The notes: generated by a model from the letters alone, not told the origin. 60,944 nt of DNA from a virus (IMGVR_UViG_3300044699_000154:1-60944); one strand, 5' to 3'; shown: positions 20,108 to 31,669, numbered from the stretch's first letter. Program-made: numbers and translations.

Positions 20108-20539
20108 CAGCCCCGCCCGCCCGTGCGTATCTCGACCTCGACCTGCCGGGACAGCTTGAACGTCCCGAACGTCGGCCCGACCACCCGGAGTTCGAGGCCC
20201 ACGGCCGCCGGGTCACGGCTGGCGAGCATCTCCACGTCGTCGGCCGCCTGCGGGAGGCCGGCGGACAGCGGGAGGCCCAGGCTGTAGTGCTTGGCCCACT
20301 CGGAGACGCCACCCTCGGTGACGCCGCGTTCGGCGGTGCCGACGCTGCCCTTCGCCGCGCCGAGCTTGCACGGCCCCTCGTAGACGACGATCACATCTCC
20401 CGCCGGGGGGACGAGGGCGAGGCTGGACGGGTCGAGGGTGTCGTCGTCGGTGCCCTGCGGATCGCGGGTGATGCGGCAACCGGTCGACCATCAGCTCCTC
20501 GATCCGCCGCTGCGCGCGGGTGAGGTCAGGAGCCGGCAT
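20107..20539 (-). CDS. Head-closure protein (DUF6093-like), one indel
   Basis: IEELMVDR(C)RITRDP...TLDP...VVYEGPCKL, ending in RQVEVE. Confidence 0.75.
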
Positions 20540-21162
20540 CGGGGGTGGCCTCGCCGGGTGGCGCTTCGGCGGCGGGCGGAGTCCACCCGAGTGCCACCAG
20601 CGCGTCGTGCGTCTCGGGGTCGACCCTTACCCGCTGCGCGCCTTCCACCTCGACGGTCGGCGCACGGAAGGTCAATTCGATAGTGCCGACGGGTTCCTTC
20701 GCCCTCGCGCGGAAGGTCATCGCGGTCACGACGCCCGCGGGGACCGGGTGGCCGCCCACGGAGATCTCGCACGAGCCGGTCCTCTCGTAGCGCACGCGCA
20801 CGGGCGCTATCGCCACGTCAGTCACCCTCCTCCGCCGGCAGCATTGATCGTAACCCGGCGAGGAACGCGACACCCGGCGACATCGGCCCGCCCGACGCCT
20901 CCTCCGCCGCGAGCGCCGCCCGTTCGAGGCCGGCGGGGCTGACCCGGTCCAGGAACGCGGCGACCGCGCGCGGGGACGGCTCGGCGATGTACACGTCGCC
21001 CTCGCCGACGAACCTGCCGCCCGCCGCGAAGGTCAGGAACAGCTGTGTGCCCTGACCGGCGACGTGGTCCACGGCGACGCGGGCGACGCCCTTCTGCCGC
21101 CTGCCGCCCACGGTGACCTTGAGGCTGGCGGGGTCGGTCGTATCGACGTCGAAGGAGGGCAT
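20526..21162 (-). CDS. Two small paralog-like hypothetical proteins (~20526..20824 and 20818..21162)
   Basis: Both contain [I/V][S/T]VGG followed by beta-strand-like segments and an ELTF/FLTF motif. Confidence 0.45.
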
Positions 21163-21447
21163 CAGTCCTCCCCGTGCTTGCACTCGGACGTCATCTGCAC
21201 ATCGCAGTCAGCCGCTGCGAACCGCAGCATCCCGGCCACGTCCCACGTGCGGGCGTCGTGGTTGACGGTCCACGTTGAGGCTTCGTCTGCCGTCGGAGTC
21301 AACCTGTTCGGTGATGAGCACGAACCGGGACAGCATCAGGCCCTGCCGTTGGAACTCACCGCCGAGGATCTTCTCGACGGCTTCGGTGTCGACCTCGACA
21401 TCGGGGGGCACTTCGGCATATCTCCTTCCGGCCGCGAGCGAACCCGA

Positions 21448-22461
21448 TCACTGTATGTCCAGGTCGCCCGGCACGTCCGCGTCGCCCGCGCCCCGCCGTG
21501 CGGCGAGCCTGGCGGCACGCGCCTCGATGCGCCGCCGCCGCGCGTCCAGCCGGTCGGGGCGCCTGCCCGCGAGCTGCGCGCGCCGTGCCTCCTCCTGGAC
21601 AGCCTGCCGGGCCACCTGCCGGTAGTAGTCCTGCTCGGCGGTGTCGAGGATCTTGGCGCTGGGGAGCTCGCCGTCCATGAGTTCGGCGGGATCGCGGATG
21701 TCCGTCCGCAGGAGCGGCACCCTCACGCAGCGTGGGTGGGCGATCGGGAAGGACTGGAACAGTTCGATGCTGACAACGAGGCCGTTCGCCTCGGGAGCAT
21801 GCCCGTGACCGGTGGGCCACTGGCAGCCGTGGCCATCTTGCACCTCGGCCGCGATGACCCCATGCCTCTTCCCGCGTTCGAGGATCGCCGCGTTGTACAT
21901 CCTCGCCGCCACGGTCCGCGAAAGCATTTCGAAATAGTCGTCCATGCCGTGCCGTGCGCCGTTGCTGTACCTCACGGCGTGCACCCCACGCTCCCGCATG
22001 ATCTGCGTAACCCGTGCGGGGACTTTCTCGAAACTCCTTTTCCGCCGCATGGCGCCGAGCACCTCGTCCGCCGCCACCCTGCGCAGCAACGCTTTCGTGG
22101 ACGCCTCCACGTTGCGGGTCGCCGTCAGCGCCTTCTCGACCATCTCCCGTGCGATCGCCTGCTCGACCGCGCGGTGTGCGGCGAGGTCCGCGGACATGCC
22201 GGTGGTCCCGACCCGGCGGGCCGCTTCGGCGTCGCCCCGGGCGAAGACGACGGGCAGCTTCTCGCGCGCCCACCGTGCGATGGCCTGCCGCAGCCTGCCC
22301 ATCTCGGTGGAGACGGTGGCCTGTATCTCCCGGTGCAGGGTGCGGGACTGCGGGTTGCGCCCGGTCAGCCGGTCGAGCGCGGCCTGCACTCTGGCCCATG
22401 CGCGTGCGGCGAGACGGGAGAGCTCGTCGGCGATGTCGCGGATCTCGGGCGGCTGGGCCAC
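21448..22461 (-). CDS. MuF-like / phage minor capsid protein
   Basis: VRYSNGARHGMDDYFEMLSRT...YN...DGHGC...ANG...PIAHPRCVR motif. Confidence 0.8.
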   Translation of the reverse strand: MAQPPEIRDIADELSRLAARAWARVQAALDRLTGRNPQSRTLHREIQATVSTEMGRLRQAIARWAREKLPVVFARGDAEAARRVGTTGMSADLAAHRAVEQAIAREMVEKALTATRNVEASTKALLRRVAADEVLGAMRRKRSFEKVPARVTQIMRERGVHAVRYSNGARHGMDDYFEMLSRTVAARMYNAAILERGKRHGVIAAEVQDGHGCQWPTGHGHAPEANGLVVSIELFQSFPIAHPRCVRVPLLRTDIRDPAELMDGELPSAKILDTAEQDYYRQVARQAVQEEARRAQLAGRRPDRLDARRRRIEARAARLAARRGAGDADVPGDLDIQ

Positions 22462-22967
22462 ACCGTCACTCCGGCGAGGACAGGGTGACCGGCGGCGGCG
22501 GGAACAACCCGCCTACGACGGCTCCCGCGATCTCGGCCAGGTCGTCGAGACTGGTCGGGTCGAAGCCGGTCCAGTCGAGATTGCGCAGAACGTCCACGAC
22601 CCGGAGTACCTCCGGCGTCCATGCCCCCAGTTCACCGGTGCCGGGAGGCCGGGCAGAGCGATCCTGATCGGGCAGGCAGCCGCAGATGTACTCCGGTTCG
22701 GCGGAGGGGAATGGCGTCACATCGACGGGATTAGGGCAGGCCAGATGCCCCGGCGTATCCCTGTTCACCGCTGTCACCGCGCGCCCCCCGAGTAGAGCCA
22801 CTGCCAGTACGCGGCGAGCCACGGCGGCCTGCCCCGGTAACGGACGAGCCTCCTATTCCTGATTACCCGGTTCGGGTAACGACCGTTCATCTGGACGTAG
22901 TCGTGGACCCAGTGATTCATCATGCCGACTTGACTTAGAGGCGGACTGTTCCAACCCACGGAAGATC

Positions 22968-23315
22968 TCACCGCGCCCACCTCGTCCGGTCGGGTGCGAT
23001 GACCCTGATCGGGTTCCCCGCGTCTCCGCTGTCACTCGGCGCCGAGATCCCGTCGATCGCCTCACGCAGCGCCCGAATGTTCGCGTCGTTGCTGCGCGAG
23101 TACTCGCCGGGGATCGTCTCGGACGCCGGCTCGGCCAGCATCGTCGCAAGCCTGCCCTCGAGGGTCTCGCGTGCCGCGTAGCCGGTGGCGGCGGTGACGT
23201 CCGCACCGGTCCGGGCCGCGATCCGGGAGATCGCCGCTTCCAGGTCGGCGGACTCCCACGTGTCCGGGCCGAGCTTGGAGTCCAGGTAGGCGGTCTGGTC
23301 CGCGGTCAGCGCCAC
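22968..23315 (-). CDS. Putative head-tail adaptor
   Basis: Helical ~115 aa: ARETLEGRLATMLAEPASETIPGEYSRSNDANIRAL. Confidence 0.65.
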   Translation of the reverse strand: MALTADQTAYLDSKLGPDTWESADLEAAISRIAARTGADVTAATGYAARETLEGRLATMLAEPASETIPGEYSRSNDANIRALREAIDGISAPSDSGDAGNPIRVIAPDRTRWAR

Positions 23316-23316
23316 G

Positions 23317-23700
23317 TCACACCGCCCTCACGAGCCCGGACACCCGTTTGATCCGCTCCACCCCGCCCGGCGCCACGTCCACCCACAGGTCATAGGCAAC
23401 ACCCACCGCCGTCGCCACCGCCCCGCCGTCCGGACCCACCAGCAGCCGGGCCATGTAGACCGGCGGCTGCCAGGTGTGCCACTGCCCGCCCTCGTCCTGC
23501 CAGGTGTGCGCCTCCGTGCGGGTCTCCCACGTGCCCGCGAACCAGGCGGACGGCTGCACGCCCGCGACGGGCAACGCCAGCTGTAGAGCCATCGCCGTGG
23601 GGTTGACGACCACGCCCGCGTCGTCACGGATCTCCACGGGTGCGCAGACCAGCTCCGTGCTGATCGCGGGGAGTTCGAGGACGGGCACGGGCATGGTCAC
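23317..23700 (-). CDS. Virion-associated Ig-like protein
   Basis: VNPT...WFAGTW...ARLLVGPDGG...YDLWV pattern. Confidence 0.6.
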   Translation of the reverse strand: MTMPVPVLELPAISTELVCAPVEIRDDAGVVVNPTAMALQLALPVAGVQPSAWFAGTWETRTEAHTWQDEGGQWHTWQPPVYMARLLVGPDGGAVATAVGVAYDLWVDVAPGGVERIKRVSGLVRAV

Positions 23701-24231
23701 AGGGTAGCCGCGGGCCGGGCGTCAAGGATCGCTGACGTCAGGGGAGCTTGACAGCGCCTCGTGGTCGGCGCGCACGGCGCCGCCGGCATAGGCGACGACC
23801 AGTTCGCCGAGCGCCATCACCTGTTCGGCGGTGGTGAGTCCGCTGCCGTCTAGGATCCGGGCGATCTGGGAGCGCGCGTCGGCGATGAGTACGCGGCGCG
23901 CCTGGATGCGCGGGTTGACTCTTCCCATCGAGCGTCCGCCTCTCCCTGAGCTGGCGGAGTGTGCCTACAGGCACGATATCGCCGGCATCCGCTTGTTTAT
24001 TAAGATACGCAACACGGTTAGCGCATCCCTGTAGGCACGGTTGAAACATACCAGCGCGCAGTCATGTCGCGACGCCGAAGGCTTCGATCCAGTACCCGTC
24101 GTCGTTTACCTTAATCCAGTATGTGGGCTCGGGCGCGTACGGGTGGCCGTTCTCGCAGTGGACGTCCCAGCCGTTCCCGGCGGGATTGCAGGTGAGCACG
24201 AGGACCGTGGAACCACACTGGCTACACGGGG

Positions 24232-24675
24232 TCATGTCACGGCCCATTCCTTGCGGTAGTCGGGATGCTGCGAGCCGTCCGGCCGCAGGCGGTAGAACGC
24301 GGCGACATAGCGGAGCGCACTTCTGAGCGTTCCCGCGGTCCGGCGGTATCCCTCCCGTTCGCGGTCCGGGCAGTCCGGGTGTTCTGCCCATTCCGCCGCG
24401 CCCCTGAACTCGCCCAACAGTCCCCGTGTCATCTCGCACCGTGGAAGTGTGACGGCGGGGTTCTGCCTGACGATGTGGCGGGCGTCGTCCTCCCCGCAGG
24501 CGTACCACTCGATCAGGCAGTTGTTCTCGGCGTCGAGGACGCCCGCGCGATGGTCGTCTTCCACGTCGTTGACAGCCCACGGCCCCGGTGTCGCCGCCCG
24601 CGCATCGGCCTCCTCCTCGGCGATACGTGCCTCAATGAATGCGGCGATCTCGGCGACGTCGTTATCCTCGTCCAT
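24232..24675 (-). CDS. DUF6221-like protein
   Basis: AFIEARIAEEEADARAATPGPW...HIVRQNP...HPDYRKEW. Confidence 0.75.
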   Translation of the reverse strand: MDEDNDVAEIAAFIEARIAEEEADARAATPGPWAVNDVEDDHRAGVLDAENNCLIEWYACGEDDARHIVRQNPAVTLPRCEMTRGLLGEFRGAAEWAEHPDCPDREREGYRRTAGTLRSALRYVAAFYRLRPDGSQHPDYRKEWAVT

Positions 24676-24699
24676 GTCGACCCCTTCTCGGTCGGCCGC

Positions 24700-26039
24700 G
24701 CCCGGGGTGCTCACAACACCGCCGGGCACCTTCACGCCCAGACTATCCGTCGTCGTCGTCCCGCCCGATCCCGCCAGCCGCAGCCGCACCGACCACCAGC
24801 GCGAAGAACGCGGCGAACGCGGCGGCGAACACCAGGAAATCGATCACAGCATTTCCTGCGCTAGTACCACCACAGTGAAGCCAGACAGAGAAGCAGCGAG
24901 AAGACCGCGACGAGTAGGACTACCCATAGCAAACTCACGATCACAGCGTAGGCGGCCCCACCGTGTGCCGCACCAGCGGGCGCACCACCTGATGCCGCAA
25001 CCCGGGCGAGGCCACCCCATGCCGCAGCACCGGACGGGCCTGCCAGCACCGACAGGTTCCCCACCGTCGAGAAACCAGCCATCGACGCGACACGGCACGA
25101 GGCCGCGGCGGATCCGCTCGACCGCTTCGACCCCGCTGCGGACGACACCACCCGACAGGATGCGACTCCCGTACCAGACGACGCCTTCGACCCCGACGAC
25201 ACGCCGGACGGGCGCACCGACCCGATACCGGCACTTATACCACCCTTGGCCCCACCCGCCGTGGCCGTGGACCGCGGCGGCGCCACACAGCCGGACGCCC
25301 CGCCCTTGAAACCCCCGGCCGACGACGATGGGCGGCACGAGCCGGCCGCGGCGCCCGACGCAGACGGGCCGACCGACGCGGACGCCGCGGACGCAGAACG
25401 GCACGACGCGACGGCATCGCCCGCGGAACCCTTTGCTCCTGCGGGACTGCGACGCCGAACGCGACGACGCCGTGCCGGCACCGGCACCACCCTTCGCCCC
25501 GGATGCCTGTGCGGTCGCCCGAGTCGACGACGCGGCGGCGGCGGTCGAACCCTTGAAACCCGTGGCGACCGACGCCGACCGCGCAACCGACAGGTTGCCG
25601 CCGGGGAAGAGCGGGGTGAACGCGGCGGGGAACGCGCCGGACGCACCCGCAACCGACGCCTTCGACCCAGAGTCGACCGCAGACGACCGCGACGAGGCGA
25701 CGGCACCCGCCGACGTCCCCCTGGACCCGGTCGCGACGGCGGACGAACGGGCCGATCCGACGGCCGCACCCGACGCCCACGGACACCCGACGAGACCGAC
25801 GCGGCCCGGCCCGAGGACGACGCCGGGCCGGACGCCGCCTTGGCACCGGACGCGGCGGCGGCGGGACGGGCGGAGGCGGAGGCCGCACCGGTGCCCGCCT
25901 TCGACCCCGACGCCGCCGAGACGGCACGCGACGACGACGACGCGGGCCCGGACGCAGACGGGACACCCGGCACCGTCGGGAGGAACGGCCGGCGGCGGGG
26001 GCGTGGCCGCCACGGTGGGCGGAAGACACCGGAGGACAC
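24700..26039 (-). CDS. Ser/Ala/Gly-rich repeat protein (fibre-like virion protein), multiple indels, 3' end uncertain
   Basis: Repeating units such as ASGSKAGTGAASASAR / ASGAKAASGPASSSGR / ATGFKGSTAAAASSTR across frames. Confidence 0.65.
25597..25640. repeat. Direct repeat A, copy 1 (44 bp, 39 bp exact)
   Basis: CGGGGAAGAGCGGGGTGAACGCGGCGGGGAACGCGCCGG at 25602-25640 is identical to 27460-27498. Confidence 0.95.
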
Positions 26040-26042
26040 CTC

Positions 26043-26529
26043 TCAGGCCAGCTCGGCGATGCTCAGCCAGCCGACCACCGCCGAGATCGAGTCCGCCGGT
26101 GTCGTGACCAGCTCGAGCACGGCCCGCGTACCGCCCGCGATGACGTCGATCTCCTCCGGGGTCGGCCGCCACAGAGCCGACTGCCGGACCTGCCACGGGA
26201 TCCGCGCCAGTTCCGCGCTCGTCCCGCCGGTGAGTTTGGTCGTGTTGCCGGTCTCCAGCGTCGCCGAGGCGGCCACGTCGTTCGGAAGTCGGGGTATGAA
26301 CGTGGAGGTCCCGCCCCCGGACCCGGACGTCGGGGCGCCCGTGACCCGCTTGAGGACGAGGGTGAGCCACTCCTCCTGCGCGTCGCCCACCTCGGACGTC
26401 TGCCCGATCTCGAATCCGAGGACGGCGACGGGTTTCTCGGCGGCGGCGAGCAGCTCGAACACGTCGATCTGCGCGGTGAAACGCGACGGTGATGTTGATC
26501 GGCGCCCTGTAGGCGCGGCCGAGAATCAT
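26043..26529 (-). CDS. Virion-associated hypothetical protein (one indel near the 5' end)
   Basis: MILGRAYRAPINITVAF joins (D)VFELLAAAEKPVAVLGFEIGQTSEVGDAQEE. Confidence 0.6.
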
Positions 26530-27283
26530 GGTGACCTCACCGGACGAGGAGGGGCATCCGACGGCGCGTCGGATGTGTGGGGAGGAGGGACGCCGTGGCG
26601 GTCCCGGCGGCGAGGATCTCCACGGCGCACCAGTTCCACGCCGCCGCGCCCGTGCCGAACGCGTCGAAGCTCAACGTCACGCCCGTGCCGGACAGTGCGG
26701 TGACGGACGCCTTGCGGGGGGCGATCCCGGAGATGCCCCCGGCGACGGTGTACGCCGCGGCGGCGGCGTCGTCGGTCGTCGTTGGAGCGCCGAGCGCGTT
26801 CCACTCGACGCCACAGCCGATCACCAGCGAACCGTTCGCGGTCGTCGTCAAGACGGTGGGCACGATCGCGTTGGTGGTGGACGAGCCCTCGCCGGTCGCA
26901 CCCACCGGCGACGTCGTGTCCGCGCCGGTCAGCGCCCAAATCTTCACCCCGCCGTTGTCCTCGGTGTTGGCGGCGCTGGTCGTGACGGAGACGGTCCGGG
27001 CGACGCCGGAGGCGACGGGCGCGGTGAAGATCGCCGCCACGCCGGACTGTGCGCCGGAGTCGGTGCCCGTGCGCCTGGCGCGCTCGGTCCACGTGAGGCC
27101 GGTCGAGGAGGGGGTGAGTGTGACGTCCACGGCGGCCAGGGCGTCGGCCATGCAACAGCAGACGAGGAGGGACCCGGCGGGCGCGGTGAACGATGCGGTG
27201 ACCCACGGGTCGGAGCTCCCGAGGCCACGGCGGGGGTGGAGGCGTCGACCGCGATGGCCACGGCGCGCGGTCTCCCTGCCCAC
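26526..27283 (-). CDS. Thr/Ala-rich beta-sandwich virion protein
   Basis: TASFTAPAGSLLV...GLTWTER...TTTANGSLVIG motifs of phage fibre/adhesin domains. Confidence 0.6.
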
Positions 27284-27631
27284 TCAGGCGGTCGTGATCG
27301 TGTGGCTGCCCACGTCATCCAACCCCGTCCAGCCCGTCAGCGCGGTGATCTCCGCGAGGGGCCACGTACGTTCGTCCTGTCCGGGGGCCAGCGTGAAACG
27401 GTGCGGGTTCTCCGCGGACCCCGCGTCGTACACCTCCCACGTGTCGTACATGCAGCCGGCGGGGAAGAGCGGGGTGAACGCGGCGGGGAACGCGCCGGGA
27501 TCCCGGACTATGTTCATCGACAACAGCGGGTAACCCTGCCCGGGGATCTCGGTGAAGTGCAGGGAGCAGGTTATGGCCCCGCCCGCATCGACGGCCGTCT
27601 CGCTCTGGGGGGACCGCAGGATCTTCGGCAT
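27284..27631 (-). CDS. Hypothetical virion-region protein
   Basis: MPKILRSPQ... after AAGGA RBS. Confidence 0.65.
   Translation of the reverse strand: MPKILRSPQSETAVDAGGAITCSLHFTEIPGQGYPLLSMNIVRDPGAFPAAFTPLFPAGCMYDTWEVYDAGSAENPHRFTLAPGQDERTWPLAEITALTGWTGLDDVGSHTITTA
27455..27498. repeat. Direct repeat A, copy 2
   Basis: Matches 25597-25640 with one mismatch. Confidence 0.95.
27603..27630. repeat. Direct repeat B, copy 1 (28 bp)
   Basis: CTCTG[G/C]GGGGACCGCAGGATCTTCGGCA, also at 28855-28882. Confidence 0.9.
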
Positions 27632-27695
27632 GGCTACCCGTCCTTCTCGTCATGGCGCACAAAGGGAAGTCGATCTACGAGAATGTGAACGGACA

Positions 27696-28828
27696 TCAGG
27701 CTGCCGATAGGAAATCGGTGAGCGAGTCGGCCAGGAACGCATGCCCCCGGTTACTCGGGTGGAACGTGTCCGCCGCGAACAGCGGTGTGGCGCCGCAGAC
27801 CCCTATCCGGCTGCGGCCGTCGTAGACGCAGACGTCCGCGTCGGCCGCCGCGACCGCCCACATGACGTCTATGTAATCCGACCACAGATATGTGAATGCG
27901 CCGTTCACGGCGTCGCACGGGGCCATGAGGACGAAACTCGGCACCTTGCCCGCGGTGACGGATTTCGCGGTGGCGATGAGGGTTTCCAGGTTGGTCCGGA
28001 AAGCTGCCGGAGTAACGTTGGCACCCCAGTCGTTAAATCCCAGCTCGACGATCCACAGATCCGCGTCCTGCGGACCGATCGCCTGAGTGGAATACGTCCC
28101 CACGAGCGTCACGAAATCGCCCGACGCCCATCCCGCGTGACCCATGGGGACAACCGTTATCCCGGCGTTCTCGTCACCGTCATAGACGATCCCGCCATCG
28201 ATGTAGAGCGCACTCCCCGGCGCCGTCAGGCGGATCGTGTGACTGCCTGACGAGCCGAGGCTTATACGGTGGGCATTGCCGTCCGTAGCGCCAGATCCCT
28301 GATTCCAGCCCGTCACGCTCCCCCCATCGACGCTGACAGCGACGGTGAGGCCACCGCCGCTGGCGTCGATGACATCCATTGATGTCCCCGTGACAGTCGC
28401 CTGTATGTAGTCGCCGTTGGAGATGAGTACCAGCGGCAGCCCTCCCCATCCGAACCAGTACTGACCAGTATCCACCGTGCCGCTGTACGTCCACGCCGAG
28501 TTACTCGCCGCCGAGTTCGCGGCGAGGAAACCGACGCCGCCGCCCGCGCCGACACCGTCGGAGGGAAACCGGCTTCTCAGCTGTTCGCGGAGTCGGTCCG
28601 TCCACCGGTTCGCCCGCGACGACGCACCCACCCCTCGGTGAAACTGTCACCGAGCACCGTCACCTTCGCGGGAGCGAAATGCCGGTTCGCCAGCGCAGAC
28701 CACCACTGGCGCAGCGCCCGACCCTTCACCCAGGCCGCGTTGGCCCGGTGGGCGAGGTCGTTGTGGTGCCGGGTGTGCCCAGCATCGTTGTCGGCGTGCG
28801 TCTCGTTCAGCGGCAGCTCTGTCGGCAC
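27696..28828 (-). CDS. SGNH/GDSL hydrolase (one indel at ~28630)
   Basis: VTVLGDSFTEG (block I), GHAG, ELGFND (block III), DTFHPSNRGH (block V). Confidence 0.9.
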
Positions 28829-28854
28829 GTCTCAACTCCCTTTAACCCTGGTCC

Positions 28855-28882
28855 CTCTGCGGGGACCGCAGGATCTTCGGCA
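28855..28882. repeat. Direct repeat B, copy 2 (orphan VPKILRSPQ gene start)
   Basis: Encodes VPKILRSPQRDQG-stop, a stub of the 27631 gene. Confidence 0.9.
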
Positions 28883-28894
28883 CGTTCCGACCGC

Positions 28895-29522
28895 CTATCC
28901 GGGTAGGACAGCTGTAGCAAGTTGACCGTGTAGGTGCCCTGTCCGATGTACGGCTCAGGTGTGATTTTGGAGACTTCGCCGTCCCCGACCGCCGTGAGGT
29001 TTATCGCCGCGCCGCCGGACGTCGCACTGAGCTGGAAGTCGTCGGTCGTGGACGACACGACGAAATACACCGTGCCCTCCGCCAGCCCCGTCGGCAGCGC
29101 CGCGCCGACCGCCGGCCACACCACCACCTGGTCGCCGTTGGAGTAGCCGTGCGCGGGGCTCTCCAGAGTGTCCGCGGTCGTGTCCGGAACGGAGAACTGG
29201 CGCCGCGCCGCACCCCCGGCCGGGGCGCAGCCGAAATACGTGCCCGACGTCGCCGCCGACCAGTAGCCGACCCATTCCACCCTTCCGCCGGCGGGCACGT
29301 CGAACTGCTGCGTGCCCGTCATGGCCTTCACCCCGGCCGACGACGCGCCCCACGACACCGCCTTCCGGGCGTAGGCCGGGGAACCGCCCGCCAGCTCGTT
29401 CGCCCCCGTCGTCCCGGGTTGGCCGAGTGCAGGGAGATGTGCGACGGCGGCCACGCCGGAGTGCCCGCCGTCGAGTCGAGCATCCGGTCCTTCGCGCCGT
29501 CCACGAAGGCGGGGGTGGGCAC
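28895..29522 (-). CDS. Fibre-like virion protein (indels)
   Basis: SLHSANPGTTGANELAGGSPAYARKAVSW...FDVPAG...VGYWSAATSGTYFG, then AHGYSNGDQV...LPTGLAEGTVYFV domain. Confidence 0.75.
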
Positions 29523-30032
29523 GGGCTACGCCCGTCCGCGCAGCTTGGACCGATCACGCCGAGGGCCGCCCTTCCGCCGGCAGCGCCGTCTGCCGTGCGC
29601 CGATGTAGGCGACCACGCGGCTCCCTCGGGCAGGCCGGGGTTCGGCACGGAGCGGGCCCGACCGCCTGCGCCGTGGCCGCCGTCGGCCGGGGGCCGGGGC
29701 CGGCTTGCGCCGCGGCCGGGCCGGATCGGCATCCTGGTGGCGCCGCCCTCGGCGCGGCGCGCGTTTCCCCTTCGTGCGGCCATCAGGCACCTCCCGCGTA
29801 GGGCAGCTCGCCGAGCGGCTCGGGTGCCGCTCGGTGCGCCGTAGTCCAGGCCGACGCGCCGGGGTCGTCGTGCGTGGGCCAGCACGCCTGACGTCGAAGA
29901 CGTGTTCGGGCAGTTACGCCGGGGGGCTGGTGTCCGGGTACGAGGGTCCGTACCAATGTCCGTCGATCTGGACGTTGCGGCGAGGCGCCGCGCGGCGGGC
30001 GCCTTCGGGTCGCTGCCATCTCCCACTCCCTC

Positions 30033-31063
30033 CTTAGGGCTGCACCGTTGCCAGCAGCGTGAGATTGGGGTCGCGATCCATGGGAATCCCACGCCCGCGT
30101 CCTTGGTCCACACGCCCACCGGGTCGGACGTCTTGTCGATGACCACGACCAGGCCGGGCGCGTCCTCGCCCTCGATCGCCTGCGCCTCGACGAGTTCGAC
30201 GCTCTCCGCGGTCGGCCGACGAAGAACCCGCCCAGGTTCGGCGTCTCCTCGACGGTCGGCAGAAACAGGATCTTGTTGCGGGGGTGAGCCTGGCCTGGGA
30301 GCCGGTGGAGCGCCGGTCTGCCGTCGTTGGTGACGATCGGGGCAGGTTGTACGCCCATCAGCTGACCAGCGCGGCGGCGTTGTCGGCGGGCCGGCGACGG
30401 CAGCGCGAGCGCGGTCTTGACCGACTCGGAGACGAGCGCGCCCCCGAGCGCGCCGAGGACATCATGATCGCCCGGCGGGGCCGCCGTTGTCGCGACGTAC
30501 ACCTCGTGCCAGGCGAGCATGTCCTGGACCGGCACGCTGGTGGCCTTGTTCGCGCGGTCCACAGCACGGCGGCGGTCCCGAGTGGGAGCCGGAACGGCCG
30601 TAGCTGACAGTCGCGTGACGCGGTCGAACGTCGTGGTCAGCGTGATCGCCGCGTCGAACAGGGCGTCGGCGCGCAGCCTCGCCACCGTGCGGCGATGGCG
30701 CGGGCGTGGCGGGCGGCGTCCGCGTAGATCGCATCGATGATCTTCTGCTTGTCGCCGTGGCGCGGCCGAGGCGGATCATGTCGATCCGCTCCTTCTCTGC
30801 CGACCTTGGACTTCCGGCTGATCGGCGGATCTCGAACTTCGTCATCGCCGCGCCCTGGCGCCCACGATGTCCGACTCGGCGTCCCACGCCCGATCCGGGC
30901 CTCGGATTCGTCGAGGAGCGTGCCGACCGCGGCCGTCAGTTCGGTCTCCATCGTGCTGCGTCGCAGCCACGTGGAGAACATGAGCGGTTCCGCTCGGTCT
31001 CCATCATGATCTCGCGTGCGTACCCGGTGAGCTCCGCCAGGTCGACGAGATTGGTGACATGCC
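30033..31063 (-). CDS. Major capsid protein (heavily fragmented by indels)
   Basis: Fragments LAELTGYARE, IPPISRK, IIDAIYADA, ARLRADALF, KILFLP, GVWTKDAGVGFPW; position after the decoration gene. Confidence 0.75.
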
Positions 31064-31189
31064 ATCTTCGCGGCTCTCAGCGAAGAAGAAGCGGGAGCGG
31101 AAGTCGAGCAGGCCTGCGGGAGCTGTACGGGCGGCTCCGTCAGCGTCGTCAGCGCCGGCCCGGTGACGGTGTCGATCGCAAGCCCGCGT

Positions 31190-31541
31190 AGTCGCCGAGC
31201 TGCCGGTGCCTGGGGGACCTTCGCCGCCCGATCGCCCCGGTCCACAGCAGCGGGCGGGGGAGTCCGCGCCGGCGGCCCACACCCGTTGGTCAGGTCGATC
31301 GTCGCCGCGAGAACCCGACGGGATCTGCGTCCCGTCGGCGGCGTCGTTCTTGTACGGGCCGTAGAGCCGCTCGCAGTGATGATCCCGAGAGGGTGCCGAC
31401 TTGACCAGCTTCCGGGAACGGGTGGTCCCGAACGCGGTGTTCAACAGCGTGATCGACGCCGTGTAGCCGTCGCGAACTGCGAGAACAGCCACGAGTAGTC
31501 CTCGGGCGGGACAGTGTGGTGTTGACCGGACTGAGGTTCAC
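31190..31541 (-). CDS. Capsid decoration protein (indels)
   Basis: MNLSPVNTT...EDYSW...SITL...LYGPYKNDAADGTQIP; position between scaffold and capsid. Confidence 0.65.
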
Positions 31542-31669
31542 GTGCCCTCCGGACGCATCGGGGGTTCTCTGCGTCCGCGGACCTTCGCCCCGGTGGCCTC
31601 GTCCCGCCGTGGTGGGTGCGGGTCCCCTCGTCCCGGCTACGGCCCGGGTGGCCCGAAACTAACTGCCCG

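Noticed and set aside
25597-27498. Diversity-generating retroelement TR/VR pair
   Set aside because: No reverse transcriptase in the window, the repeat is short, and there are no adenine-specific mismatches.
27603-28882. IS element with target-site duplication
   Set aside because: No transposase or terminal inverted repeats; the enclosed gene is an SGNH hydrolase.
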